This document shows, in pieces, positions 48,692 to 63,292 of a stretch of 64,000 nt of DNA. Where the stretch lies: assembly GCA_951406725.2 (NCBI GenBank), contig OX597836.1, forward strand, positions 38,688,001 through 38,752,000, given 5' to 3'. The DNA comes from Octopus vulgaris. Its lineage: Eukaryota. The position numbers and the translations under genes are program-made. The notes beneath the pieces were generated by a model. That model saw only the letters and a program-made list of their open reading frames with translations, was not told the origin of the DNA and searched no databases. Within the stretch, counting starts at the first letter, position 1. The number at the start of each line of letters is the position of its first letter.

Positions 48692-49127
48692 GGATCTTTT
48701 CGGTTTGAACGGCAATTTTTTCTAGCGGTTTCATATGAAATTGTCATCCATAATTATGACCCTAGTATCGATCTATTGCATTTCAATCAGTTTTAGGGTT
48801 AAGGTTATTTGGGGTTAGGGGTGGGGGAAGGGTATCACTTTTTTCTTCACAAATGTAAATAAACCCAATCTGTTTCTTAAACGAGGGACATATTCATACG
48901 GCACAGAATGTCTTTTTTTTTTTTACCTCAATAGACGTCAGTGATTGGTTGAAATTGCAGAAATTGAAGAAAAAAACAACAAATATGTTACAAACCATAG
49001 AATTTTCTCAATAAAGCCAAGAGAAAAAGATGTTTTATAGACACATTCTACCAGTATACGAAGTTTAAAAGTGTTTAGTTACGTGGAAATTATTTTTAAA
49101 AACTGCCGGTCAAACCGAAAAGATTCC
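48692..49127 (-). mobile_element. GGATC-TIR element, copy 6 (full length)
   Basis: Both TIRs present; flanked by direct repeat 48610-48691 and 49128-49216. Confidence 0.9.
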
Positions 49128-52100
49128 TACTTTGCAAACATAATTCTATATCGTACACCTTCCCCTGTCAGCCATAATTTCTATTTCATTTCACCTTATG
49201 TTTTAGAGACATCCCCTCCACCACAATCACCATTATAAATGTACAGGTGTCTAACAAGTTGTTTTACAACTTGTTAGTAATTATTTCAATGAATCTATTG
49301 TATTTTATAAAAAGACAGAATATCAGAAACATGGTTAGGTGGATTAATCTTGCACGAAGTCCAAACATAAAGGAACAGTCGCCTAAGTGCATTGTTTAAA
49401 TTATTTAAAAATGCTCTTTTAAAATGACGCACGCTCGTATTAAGCTCACCTCAATTTCAGCAGCGCATATTCAGTGGGGAATGGTTTTTGCACCATGGAC
49501 CGGTTTCATGCTAAGCAATTTTCCCACGGACAAAGGGAACACAACACAATAAAGTGCATAAAATATAATTTGATTATTACATCTCTTACCGTTTACTCAT
49601 TTCAGTCATTATACCGCAGCCGTGTTTGGGACATCGCCTTAAAGGCTTTTAGTTGAACAACAACTCGACTTCAGCACATTTTCTTTTTTGCTTTTATTAT
49701 TATTATTATTATTTAAGCCTGGTACTTATTCTACCGTTTCCTTTTTGCCAAATTGCTTAGATACGGCCACTTAAGCAAACTAGCATTGGTTGTCTAGAGA
49801 TAGACGTAATGTAAGCCCAACATCGCATGCGAAGGACTCAGCCTTCCTTCCTTCTCTCTCTCTCTCTCTCTCTTTTTTTTTGAAAAATGCCTTATATGGC
49901 ATCAAATACGATTATAAATTAACTCGTTTTTTTTTCTTTCAATTGTCAATTACAGAGTCCAGATGAAAACCCATAGTGGTCCCATATATTTATATGCAAT
50001 TCAATGTATAAGCAATAATAAACCATGAAATAATTTTTTATTTTTCAAGACGAAACAAAACTAACAATAAGATGGAAAATAACGTTTATTCTTGTATACT
50101 TCCGCTTTATTTATAGTTGAAAAGTTGTCTCCTACATTTTATAATTGCAAAGATCAGTGATTTTTTATTACCCACAAGGGGGCGAACAAAGAGGGAACAA
50201 CACAATCTGATTTGGGGTCAGATTTACGAATGGTTTTACACAGATGATGAATTAAAAAATTTTAACACATAATTACCAAATACAATAAAATCGAAAAAAT
50301 CGGATGATGGAACAGACCGGAAGAAATTACAGATGGAGTGGGGGGCGGGTTTAGTTCGGACCCCATGATCCCCGTCTCGCCACTGATACTTGGGTTTCAT
50401 CCTATTTCACATTTATGCGGTACCTATTTCTTTACTACCCACAAGGGGCTAAACACAGAGGGGACAAACAAGGACAGACAAACGGATTAAGTCGATTACA
50501 TCGACCCAGTACGTAACTGGTACTTAATTTATCGACCCCGAAAGGATGAAAGGCAAAGTCGACCTTGGCGGAATTTGAACTCGAAATACGGCTACGCATT
50601 TCGCCCGGCGTGCTAACGTTTCTGCCAGCTCGCCACATTTATGCGGTACCATCCATGTGCAACATCCGTGCTAATAATTGCAAAGATCAGATCATCACTA
50701 CGACACCATGAATACTTTGAAATTATATTTCCGATCATTTGAGACATCCAGAATATTATTTTATCAAGTCTAAAGAGATTTATTTGGTGCCACAACCCAT
50801 TTACCATTTCCATGGTGCCTCCCACTTCTCTTGATGACCTAAGCACGTGCTTATTTGGCTTAATGGTTCATCCAACCCTGACTACAAGGAATGGTTTCCA
50901 ACAATTTTGAATCTCTTTCAATCTCTTTTTTTTAAATATTGAATATTCCATGTGTCAGGATTTAGTCTGAATTTACATTTTTGCTTTTGATTTATGGTCA
51001 AAATAAACGTATTGATTATTTTTAAAAATTGATTAATAAAAAAGAAATGTGATGTTTATTTGTTCAACTCAGAAACCTTGGGATGTTATGGAAGTCGTAT
51101 CCTAACGACTTTGAAGTCGTGTCCTGACAACTTTGAAGAACGCATTCTTTGATATATTTATAAGTGTACTGAAGCCCCCGCCCCCATGTCTTGTAAATGA
51201 ATTTACAATGATTAATTATAATGCCCTGCTATACCTATCAAGGCAAACCAACAACATAACCTCAAGGAAGTAGTTTGATCTGGTTAACAAAATAGCAGTC
51301 AAATCGACTTCAAATCGTACCCTACTGTTTTAGAAAAGGCAGAACACATTAAACAATGTATTCCTAGATATACGATGACCAAGAGACCATGGTTATGGCA
51401 GAAAAATCTTGGATCATAGGTCTACTAAGTCTGACTTGACCCAGAGCTAAACAACACAGGCCAACAAGAAAACCTGTACAAGGTTGTTCCATCCGCTAGA
51501 AATAAGAACCAGATCTCCCTTTATTGTTTAAACTGGCCACATCTGGCCCAGATATTCTATTTGTTTTATATTTGAACTAGCCATATCTAACCTCTCACAC
51601 CTGACCTACACTGACATTCTAAAAATAAGTAATCACATCATTGAAACCTCAAAGCTGTAAGATAATGCATGAGTAATTCAAAAGAATTTGAGTGAAAAAG
51701 TATTACATTTAACAGAGTAATCTGAACACTAAAGGGTTAAATTACGACCTATGACCATAAAAAGTGGATAATATAGTCTTAGATCACTGGTTTCTTAATC
51801 TTTTATAGCTCAACAGTCCCCTGTCATTAAGAAATTTTACAAATACCCCATCATGAAGCTTTAGAAAAAGAGGTAATAATTGTTACAAATTTTGGCCAAA
51901 GGACAGCAATTTTAGTGGAAGGGTCTTAGCTAATACCATCGACCCTAGTACTTGACTGGTGCAGTCAAGTTTCAATTCATTGATGATACAATATTTTAAT
52001 TATGTTTCCATTACATTTCCATTTTTTAAAAAAAATTGTGTTTAAAGTATTTAAACACAAACACATTTAGATCTGGTTTAAATGTTTATATTTCTAAGAG

Positions 52101-54419
52101 AAATCATGACCTCCCTAAACATCCAGCGTCACCCACCTCCTCTCCACAATTAATTTGCTGCCTGCTCCCCTTATGAGCTCACAGAATTCCCTGTTCGAAA
52201 CACTGTACCAAGAAGACATTACTCTTTTACTTGTTTCAGTCATTTGACTGCGGCCATGCTGGAGCACCGCCTTCAGTCAAGCAAATCGACCCCGGGACTT
52301 ATTCTTTGTAAGCCCAGTACTTATTCTATCGGTCTCTTTTGCCGAACTGCTAAATGACGGGTACGTAAACACACCAGCATTGGTTGTCAAGCAATGCTAG
52401 GGGGACAAACACAGACACAAACACACACACATATATATATATATATGTGTACATATATACGACAGGCTTCTTTCAGTTTCCGTCTACCAAATCCACTCAC
52501 AAGGCATTGATCAGCCCGGGGCTATAGCAGAAGACACTTGCCCAAGGTGCCACGCAGTGGGACTGAACCTGGAACCATGTGGTTGGTAAGCAAGCTACTT
52601 ACCACACAGCCACTCCTGCGCCTATTAGGTTATCTATTTCTCATGCCAATGAAATGAATCCGACATTTCATTAATTCTTTTTTCATACTGTAGTAAACAT
52701 ATTAAGATCATTGAGATATTAAGAAGAAATAAAATTATCAGTTTGACATCAAGTTCCACTCTTTAATTTTCCAAATCGCTTGTCTTGTACTCTAGGCCAA
52801 AGTTCAGAATCTGAATAAATTGGTGACAGTCTGCACCGGCAACAATTTATCCAAAGTGGAGTCTGTGTGATGTTGATAAATTTGATTGATGTCACAAGAG
52901 TGTAAAGTTTAATATTTTGTATTATTGCTCTCCATCAGAGAGTAAAGAAGAACAAAGTCGTTAGTTAGGCTATCAGCAGGGAATCTTTTATCATTCTCTG
53001 ATGAAGAGCAAGAGACCAATACGTCAGACTATATTCTTTCTACCTGTCAACCTTGAAGAGTAGGTTGATACAATAACATTTATAAAGCAGAATTACCTGT
53101 AGAATAATATTCAACATTGAAGTAATTCTTCTTTATATATATATATGTATATATATATATACATATATATATATAGATCAAAATCAATTCGATGACTGGC
53201 ATTCGTGCTAGCGGGGTGCAAAGAGCACCATACGAGTGTGATTGTTGACAGAGTGGCTATTCGAGTATGATAGTTACCAGCGTCGCCTTACTGGCACTTA
53301 TGCCTCTGCTAGTAGGGTGCCAAGAGCACCATCCAAGCGTGATCATTGCCAGAGCAGCCAACTGGCTTCCATACCCGTGGCATGTAAAAGGGCACCATTC
53401 GAGTGTGATCGTTACCAATGTCGCTTCACTGGCACCTATGCCGCCTGACTGGCCCCGTGCCAGTGGCACGTAAAAAGCGCCCACAACACTCTCTGAGTGG
53501 TTGGCGTTAGGAAGGGCATCCAGCTGTAGAAACTCTGCCAGATCAATATTTGGAGCCTGGTGCAGCCATCTGGTTCGCCAGCCCTCAATCAAAATCGTCC
53601 AACCCATGCTAGCATGGAAAGCAGACGTTAAACGATGATGATGATAATATATATTGATAAAAATGGTAAGACAACAAAAGAATGAAAGAGACCTCGATAT
53701 TATGTAAATAGAGGAATTTATCTGTAAATGTAATATGTGACAATTATTCGATAGCCAAGATAAAACTCCGAGTTTTGGGTGCCGAGATGGAAATCCATGC
53801 TGCCATCTCTTCACATATCACAGCCATCGGAAAAATGCTATGTAAAATGATCATTATACAAAGGGAAATTACTGTGTGATTGATCGTTATTAAGACAAAA
53901 GAACTATTAGAATGACCGCTAAGTGAGGGGAGGGAGTGAAAGTATATATATATATATATATATATATAATTATTTTCAGGATCCAATAGAATCGAATTAT
54001 TTTAATGATTGCATTGTTCAATGAAATGGTCGTACTGCACTACTACTTGATATCCTGTTGCTTATTTTGATTTTATTCACCTTACTTTGAGCTGTGCTGA
54101 TAATACCGGACTGACTTGGTGCTTCAACTTAAGTACCTAATTCAACTGAATCTCAATTATTTCATACACACACACACGCACACATATATATCATCATCAT
54201 TTAGCGTCCGCTTTCCATGCTAGCATGGGTATATATATATATGTGTGTGTGTAAAATAATTAAGATTCAGTTAAAATGGCAAAAATGAGTAACGCTGCGA
54301 TGGACTGGTGTCCCATCCAGCTTGGGAACACATACGCTGTGGAAACAGGGAAACCGGGCCCATGAACCTGGCTAGGCTTTAAAAGGGTGCATTTATTTAT
54401 TTATATATTATTATTATTA

Positions 54420-54457
<38 letters not shown>

Positions 54458-54459
54458 AC

Positions 54460-54496
<37 letters not shown>

Positions 54497-55024
54497 TGTA
54501 TACATACACACACACACACAGCTTATCAGCCCTGGTCAAACTGTCCAATCCCTGCCAGCATGGACAACGGACTTTAAATGATGAGGATGATAACGACAAC
54601 ACATACACATTGGACTCCTACAATTTCCACCTCTCAAATTCGCACCGTAAAGCATTGGTTGATCCAAGGTAATAGCAGAAGACACTTGACCAAAGTTGTG
54701 TGCGGTAGAATTGAACCTGAAACTATACGGTTGCAAAGTGAGCTTCTTAACCACACAGCAATACCCGCACCTAATATAATTACACCTGAGCAAAAGTAAT
54801 ATTATGATAAAGATAATTAACACCTGTTGCAATATTGTGTACATCCTGTAGCTTCAACTACTTATAGGATGTTTGTGAATTCTAAAACAATTAACAGGTG
54901 TTTTTTTAAAATTTTTATTTCTATATTTTTTTTATGCATCTATTTATTTATTTTCTAAATTCTTGTTATGCTTCAAAAGACGGAATTGCTTTCGATAACA
55001 ATCTTTTAATATTTGTATCCACAG

Positions 55025-55053
55025 GTGATAGATAATTCCATTGTGAGGACACC
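55025..55053 (+). CDS. Possible 29-nt exon VIDNSIVRT(P) of the plus-strand gene; possible next exon from 55339 (SIILYYQEFPSFHY)
   Basis: TTTGTATCCACAG acceptor and GTATTT donor; TTTTTCAG acceptor at 55338 continues the frame; its donor is weak. Confidence 0.25.
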
Positions 55054-55718
55054 GTATTTGTTTGTGTTTATGCTTTCTCGTGACATCTCTTTGTAAATAC
55101 TATGTGTTTGTTTCATATCTGTGACCTGTGTACATCTATGTTCCTTTGTGTGTGTCTGTGTCTGCGTGTGTCTCGCAATTCACTTTGAAATATTCATTAG
55201 TGCCTGTTCAAATATTTCTATGGTAATGCACTAAAATGGAAGCAAGAATTATTTTAATCTAATTTGTGAATTTTCTCAAAGATATCAAATGTTTTGCAGT
55301 ACATGTTCTAGCAGCAACAATGTGGAATAATTTTTCAGATCCATTATTCTGTACTATCAAGAATTTCCTTCCTTTCATTATCTGTTAGATTTTGACCAAA
55401 CATTTGACAACCAATTCTTTTCTTTTCTTTTTTTTTTCCTCTGCCATTTTTTGATCTTTGTTTCCAAGATTTCAAAGAAATCATTAGCATTACCATTTCT
55501 GGTGTTGTCTTGTGTCTTTGATAATAAAAAAAACAACTTTATTTTTTACTTTGGGACTGAAGTCATTTATTAAAGAATTTGGAAGAATATGAACTGTCAA
55601 ATGAATGCAAACTCACACACACACACACACACATCTCGTGCTTACACATCTTGTGCTTATTGTATTAGCACTGGGAGGATGTCTGCTCCAACAGGATTTG
55701 AACACAGAATGTAAAGGT

Positions 55719-55766
<48 letters not shown>

Positions 55767-56202
55767 CACCGGATTGTGACCATCAGCCATCTTTCTTTCT
55801 TTCTCTCTGTTGCAGCTGGAACAAGGAAGACATGTTCTTGTTTGTCTCCTGTCCTAGCTTGATTCCCGCACTCACCACCACAACCTTGTTTAGGTTTAGC
55901 AGCCCTTCCTGTTTGTTTTCACTGTCCTGTTTGTGTTAGCTATTCTGACCCTCCTCAAAATCCCAAATTTTATTTAATTTTCTTTTGCGGGAGCAACTGT
56001 TTTATTGAAAGCATATATAGTTGTTAAATGCTCGAAATACGAGACTAGAAAAACAGCCAACAACTGATGAAGGGTCGTTTTTTTATGTTGTTTGTTTTGT
56101 TTGCCATGTGTGTCTTTCATTGTTCAAAAGAATAGTTCATGTTCCATGTACTCGTGCTTCAAACTTTTTTGCTGTACTCGTTTCATGACGTCCTGTGCTC
56201 AC

Positions 56203-56242
<40 letters not shown>

Positions 56243-56295
56243 AGATGTAAGTATATACATATACGTATATATATATGCATATATATGTATTATTC

Positions 56296-56329
<34 letters not shown>

Positions 56330-56333
<4 letters not shown>

Positions 56334-56520
56334 TAATCCAAACATGAAAGCTCAAAAAAACACAACAACGCGAGGACGTGGAACAAATATAGTATTATTG
56401 GACGCTCAGGAAGGAAGGGAAGAAGGAGGGTTTAATGTTTCGAGCAGAGCTCTTCGTCAGAAACATAGGAGAAGGAAAGATCCAGAGAAGGGAAGACAGA
56501 GGAAAAATAAAATCGCCATA
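56330..56520 (-). mobile_element. Penelope-like pLTR, inverted relative to the adjacent ORF remnant, with a minimal hammerhead (56464-56429)
   Basis: Minus strand GTTT-CTGACGA-A-GAGC-TCT-GCTC-GAAA-CA-TT-AAAC. Confidence 0.75.
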
Positions 56521-56569
56521 CACATACATATAAATATTCACACACACACACACACACAGACACACACAT

Positions 56570-57058
56570 ATAGATGATGGAATTGAATGTGCCAAGAAAA
56601 TAGGTATTAAAACACTAAGGCAAACAAAACAAAACACCACACCTCATTTCAAAATACCACCATATATATATCGACACACAACCCTAGAAACAATGAGGCT
56701 TACAACACCATTGTACAAAATCTACCAATGCTTATTAGGGATCCTAAAATGAACTACATTCTTAAAACACAAAGTCATCAAATCCAAATTGCTGAAAAGA
56801 TACTGACAAATACAACAATCACAAAACCAATGGTTTTAAAAATGTGGACGTCCAAACTGTGGAACACGCCCTAACCTACTGGAAGGCTCAGAATTCCAGT
56901 TCAAACAAAGAGAGAGGTTCACAATTAAGACCAACTTCACTTGTGCATCCAAGAACTTAATTTATGTTATAACTTGTTCAGGTTGTGGACACAGCTATAC
57001 AGGATAGACAAGTATGTTACTTAGATGGAGAACCACACTGCATAAGGAACAGATCCAG
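56570..57058 (+). pseudogene. Penelope-like element linker plus GIY-YIG endonuclease remnant
   Basis: KCGRPNCGTRPNLLEGSEFQFKQRERFTIKTNFTCASKNLIYVITCSGCGHSYTG*TSMLLRWRTTLHKEQI: Cys cluster plus NLIY...Y.G motif; contains a stop and frameshifts. Confidence 0.9.
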
Positions 57059-58009
57059 AAAAGATGAAAGGGAAAGTTGACATCAGTGGCATTTGAGCTC
57101 ATAATTCAAAGAACTATAACTAGATGCTGCCAGTTATGTTGTCCAGTGTTCTGGTGATTTTGCCAGTCCATCCACTATAATAGTTATAAAGAAGAGGAAG
57201 AAGTGAGAGCATTAGCAATAAAGAGGAAAAAGAAAAAGAGGGGCGGGGAGGGGAAGAAAAAGAAAAAGGAAGGAGTTGGAGGAGGAGGAGGAGGAGCAAG
57301 AAGAATGCAAAAATAGATAGCAATTATTTGTAAGGTAATTACCTAACATCTGTTTAAAAAAATCAAATATCCAATTAAAATATTTCTCAATGTACATGGA
57401 ATTTCATTCAATCATTTTTCATAATTCTCACTTTAATCCTATAAATAACTCAAGAGTTTGTTGTTCAATGGTGAAAAATAGATCTAATTTGCATAATGGT
57501 TCTATTATTTCTTATTATTTCTTCTTATATGTCTGACTACCTTAGGGTATTTCAGTTATGTAGAAAACAATTCTTCGTTGCTTCATTCTAGTATATGCGT
57601 GTCACATAGCATCATAGTTATGTATTTATGAATGTATGATTCGTTCAGTTTCTTATTAAAATTCTATTCAAGCATATCACAGGATAGGAGACAGTTAAAT
57701 GAGAAATAAAAACACGACTACAATTATATACTTTACAATTACATAATTCCATCCATCAATCCATCTTTTCCACTCACAATTCCTTGAAGGAGTCATGGAG
57801 ATAGATGGGTAAATTGTCACCATTTTATATCTTTAATTTCGCACATGCACATTGTTTGCTTTTCCTTTTGATGATGACAGAGTATAGTAGGGTCAGCTGG
57901 GCACCATCTCTGAGAAAAACAACATCGTGACACAATTTACTCTGCCAGAAATTTGACAACAACATGCTGCACTGCTTGGCATTCACACTGGAAGCTTCAA
58001 TACAAACAT

Positions 58010-58363
58010 TTCATCTGTCCACCTAACTCTCCAGACTGCAACCCCACTTGATTATTATGTTGTGGGGCCCAGTTGAGTGAGAGACCAACAAAACTCCTTG
58101 TAACACCAAAGATGAACTGAAGGCAAGGATTATAGCAGCATTCACCAACTTAAACAAGGAGACTGTCAAGAAGAGTTGCGGGAGATTCCAAAGTTGTCTG
58201 GAGGGTGTGATTGAAGCCAATGAAAATTTCATTGAATAAATTTACTTGTTACTATTTCAAGATATTTTTATGTAATTTTGGTAAATATATCTTTTAAAAT
58301 GAGATGTGAGTGTTATTTTAATTTTAGTAAAATTTAGACGACAGTTTATTCACAGCACCCTGT
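58010..58363 (+). pseudogene. Tc1/mariner transposase C-terminal remnant with right end
   Basis: PPNSPDCNPLDYY..WGPVE*ETNKTPCNTKDELKARIIAAFTNLNKETVKKSCGRFQSCLEGVIEANENFIE*; ends CACCCTG. Confidence 0.85.
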
Positions 58364-59159
58364 GTACATATGTATGTATGTGTTTTTGCTTGTGTGTATA
58401 TATATCTTTATATATATATACACATATACATAAATATATATGCATTGTGTATATGAATAGGCATATATATATGTACAGATGTATATATATATATACACAT
58501 ACTAGCATGGAACACAGACTTTAAATGATGATGATACACATACATATATGTAAATACATATGTACTTATATATATATATGTGTGTATGTATGCATACAGA
58601 TATAAATGAATATATAGATATATACATAGATACATACATACATATTGACACACACTCACATACACACACACCCACACATGTGTAGGTCAAAATAAAATTT
58701 AATATTTTCGTTTCTATAAATAAATTAGAGTATATGTTTGTGCATATGTATGTATACACACACACACACACACACACATATATGCATGTGTATACACACA
58801 CACACATTCATATGTATGTATGTATGTATGTGTGTGTGTATATATGGGTATTTGTGGCCCTCTATTATCTGTCTGCCGTGCCCCCCTAATTGTGACCTTT
58901 CGCATAACCATCCACCCAACCAGGTAGCCGTCTCTTCTCCCCCCCCACACACACTCCCTCTCCCAAGCTATATACTTTATATTCATATCACACACCCACC
59001 ACCTCGCTGCTCCTGACAGCCACCATCTTTGCCAGGACCATCTACTTTAGATTCCTTGCAGTTTTCTGGCAACGTTCACATCAGAAAATACACTTGATTC
59101 ATATTCAAAAGTGTATAAACAAAGATATGTGTGTGAGCGTGTGTGTGTGTGTATACACG

Positions 59160-59925
59160 TTTATATATGTGTATATATGTGTATATATGTATATGTGTGA
59201 ATATGTATATGTGTAAGTATTCATATTTGCATATATATGTGTGTGTGTGTGTATGTATCTGAATATGCATATATATATATATATACACACACACACACGT
59301 ATATGTAGATATGTGTAAGTATGCATATTTGCATATATGTGTGTGTGTATATATATGTATCTAAATATGCATATATATATATATATATACACACACACGT
59401 ATATGTAGATATGTGTAGGTGCATATATGTATGTTGGCACTCACACACACTCATATACATCACACACACTCATATACATCACACACACTCATATACATCA
59501 CACACACTCCAAGACAAACTCATTCACACACACACATATACATATTGTGACACATACTCAGACGTGTATTTACACTCAAATTCACACTTAACTCACACAC
59601 CTTATGGTATTTACCTGGCATTTTTCAGTAGAAAACAAAAACTTTTTCCAATTTTCTGATTTTCATTTTATGGTGATTTTTTGTACTTTTTGTGTTTGAA
59701 AATCCAATAATAAAAATATCTCCAGCAATTAGCAATTTCTTCCCCTCTGTAATCCAACCAGTTGTCACATTTCCAGAATTAATATACACACACACATATA
59801 TATATTTGCATATATATGTGTGTGAATAGATGTATCTAAATATGCATATATATACACACACACACACGTATATGTAGATATGTGTAGGTCCATATATGTA
59901 TGTTGGCACTCACACACACTCCAAG
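59160..59925. repeat. Microsatellite-derived ~100-120-bp unit, tandem at 59160-59460 and repeated again at ~59805-59925
   Basis: CACGTATATGTAGATATGTGTA recurs three times. Confidence 0.7.
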
Positions 59926-60159
59926 ACAAACTCCAAGACAAACACACACGCACACATTTTTTAAAACTTGTTTACTTTTTAGACTGTGGCCATGCTGTAG
60001 CACCACCTTGAGGGGTTTCCGTTGATGACATCACAACTCCCCCTCATAGTATACTTTTCCTTTTAAGTCTAGAATAGGGATTTCCAACCAGTGGGGTCAT
60101 ATATACTGGATATACTTCTTCAATATTCAATGAAACAACACCAGCCATATTTTTCCTCT

Positions 60160-60866
60160 TACTCTTTTACTTATTTCAGTCATTTAATTGTGGCCATTCT
60201 AGAGCACCGCCTTTAGTTGAGCAAATCGACCCCAGGACTTATTCTTTGTAAGCCTAGTACTTATTCTATCCTTATCTGTTGCCGAATTACTAAGTTACAA
60301 GGACGTAGACACACCAGCATCGGTTGTCAAGCGATGTTGGGGGGACAAACACAGACACACAAACATATACACACACACATACATATATACTCTGTACTCT
60401 TTTATTTGTTTCAGTCATTTGACTGTGGCCATGCTGGAGCACCTCCTTTAGTTGTGCAAATCGACCCCAGGACTTATTCTTTGTAAGCCTAGTACTTATT
60501 CTATTGGTCTCTTTTGCCGAACCGCTAAGTTGCAGGGACGTAGACACACCAGCATCGGTTGTCAAGTGATGTTGGGGGTCAAACACAGACACACAAACAT
60601 ATACACACACACACACACATACATATATACTCTTTACCCTTTTACTCATTTACGTGTTTCAGTCATTTGACTGTGGCCTTGCTGGAGCACAGCCTTTAGT
60701 CGAGCAAATCGACCCCAGGACTTATTCTTTGCAAGCCTAGTACTTATTCTATCGGTCTCTTTTGGCGAATCGCTAAGTTACAGGGATGTAGACACACCAG
60801 CATCGGTTGTCAAGCGATGTTGGGGGGACAAACACAGACACACAAACATATACACACATACATACA
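60160..60866 (-). mobile_element. Three tandem 3' halves of SINE B
   Basis: GCAAATCGACCCCAGGACTTATTCTTTG...GACACACAAACATATAC repeated at ~235-245-bp spacing. Confidence 0.9.
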
Positions 60867-61416
60867 TGAGACCAAGACCGTTTGCAATATGCTGTGCTGA
60901 GAAGATTTGTTAAGCCGAGTGAAACTGGTCGTGGTTGTTGCTGGTTAAGCCAAGTGAAGTTATATATTTGTGGCCATTGCCAATGTCATGTAAATGACAC
61001 CCATGAAATTTTAGTTGTGGCCATTGGAGTGGTTGGCATTAAGAAGGGCATCCAGCGTTAGAAACCATTCCAGCATGGAAAGCAGACGTTAAATGATGAT
61101 AATGATGATGATGTCAATGATATATATATAACAATAACAACAATAACAATAATAACGACAACCAATTACCTTCCTTTATTTATCTACTTGTGAAGTTATT
61201 CACTTGTGAATTTCATCATACACAACATGGACAAAATTTCTTCTTAAGAAAAAATATATATTCAAATAAGTAAAACATAATATCATGAATAGCGATAGCG
61301 AAACTGGTCGATATATTAAAAATTATATTAAACCTATGTGAGTGTATTTTCCTTTTTTAATTTCTTATATATATATATATATATATATAAATATGCATGT
61401 ACATATACATATATAT

Positions 61417-61455
<39 letters not shown>

Positions 61456-63241
61456 AATATGTATATATCAATATGTGTGTGTGTGCATGTGTATATTTGC
61501 ATGTGTCTGTTCCCCTCTACAACTTGACAACCAGTGTGGGTGGTTAATCTGTTTGACTAAAACTCTTCTAGGCCGGCGCCCCCAACATAGCCACGGTACA
61601 ATGACTGAAACAAGTAAAAGTCAAAAGGAGACTACCATCTTTAACATCACAAACTCTTCAACTATATTATGTTACAATATTCATCATATTTTCCTATTTT
61701 ACCTCCAAATAAGCTTATTTTTTCATCATGTCTGTACCAAACCACACAACAGCTGTGAAATTGTTAAGATACTATAACCACTGATCAAGTGCTTATGAAC
61801 AGAAACTAACTTGAGACATAATTCAGTTTTACTACAGTCTGTTGGGCTGACAAATGGGTTCCACTTTCCTCTGACAAGAAAAGCACATCAGTTATTACAG
61901 TAGCTGTCCCAACATGATGTCTATTTCTTTACTACCCACAAGAGGCTAAACAAAGAGGGGATAAACAAGGACAGACAAACAGATCAAGTCGATTACCCTG
62001 ACCCCAGTGCGTAACTGGTACTTAATTTATTGACCCCGAAAGGATGAACGGCAAAGTTGACCTCGGCGGAATTTGAACTCAGAATGTAATGGCAGACGAA
62101 ATACAGTTATGCATTTCATCCGGCATGCTAACATTTCTGCCATACCCCAACATGATATCTTTAAAAGAAACTTCATATCGCACTGTGAAGTGATATCTTC
62201 ACATCATACTGTAAAGACACAGTTTTAAAAATATCTCTACATATTACATTTTTAAGAGCTATCGTTAAAAATCTTTTCATATCTTACTAATAAAATTTTT
62301 CATTTCAGACAGTTGAAAAATAACTTTAAAATAGATATCCGCATTGCATATTTTTAACAAGAATATTTAACAAGAATATATTCTGCCCTTGGTGTATTAA
62401 TTTTCAAAATAATCTTGACTTACAAGAAGTTTAGTGAAATAATACATTTTTTATATACTGGAATTTTATATTATCTTTCATCTGATAATGATATTAGTCA
62501 GAGATTTGAATCTAAATTTCAATACTTTCACTGAGTTAGTTTTAGGTGCATTGGTGTTGAATGAGTTAAAAAGAGTTGAATAATGAATTCTTTTTAACTT
62601 GTTTAACATTGTTAAAAGCTGCCTTTAAAAAGATATTCCAAAGTGTTTTATATTACAGTAAAGTAACAGCAGAGAAAAACCAAGTGGATATGTAGAAATA
62701 GAAGAAAGCTTTGTGACAGAGGTTCAATTCTTGCTTGTTATTTCACAGTGGCAAGCTGGCAGAATTGTTAGCATGCCAGGTGAAATGCTTAGTGGTATTT
62801 AGTCTGCCACTACGTTCTGAGTTCAAATTCCGCCGAGGTCGACTTTGCTTTCATCCTTTCGGGGTTGATTAAATAAGTACCAGTTACGCACTGGGGTCGA
62901 TGTAATCGACTTAATCCGTTTGTCTGTCCTTGTTTGTCACCTCTGTGTTTAGCCTCTTGTGGGTAGTAAAGAAATAGGTATTTCGTCTGTCATTATGTTC
63001 TGACTTCAAATTCCGCTGAGGTTGACTTTGCATTTCATCCTTGTACGGATCGATAAATTAAGTACCAGTTATCCCTTTGTCTGTCCTTGTCTGTTCCCTC
63101 TATGTTTAGCCCCTTGTGGGCAATAAAGAAATAAGAATTGTTAGCATGCAGGGCAAAATGTTTCGTGGCATTCAAAAAGTTTCGTTAACATTCAAAAATT
63201 AAAGAAGGAAGCACTGAAGCATGTAGTTATACATTTATATA

Positions 63242-63292
<51 letters not shown>

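Noticed and set aside
51079-52822. Possible plus-strand micro-exons (KPWDVMEV at ~51079; AKVQNLNKL at ~52796)
   Set aside because: Weak donors and no independent support
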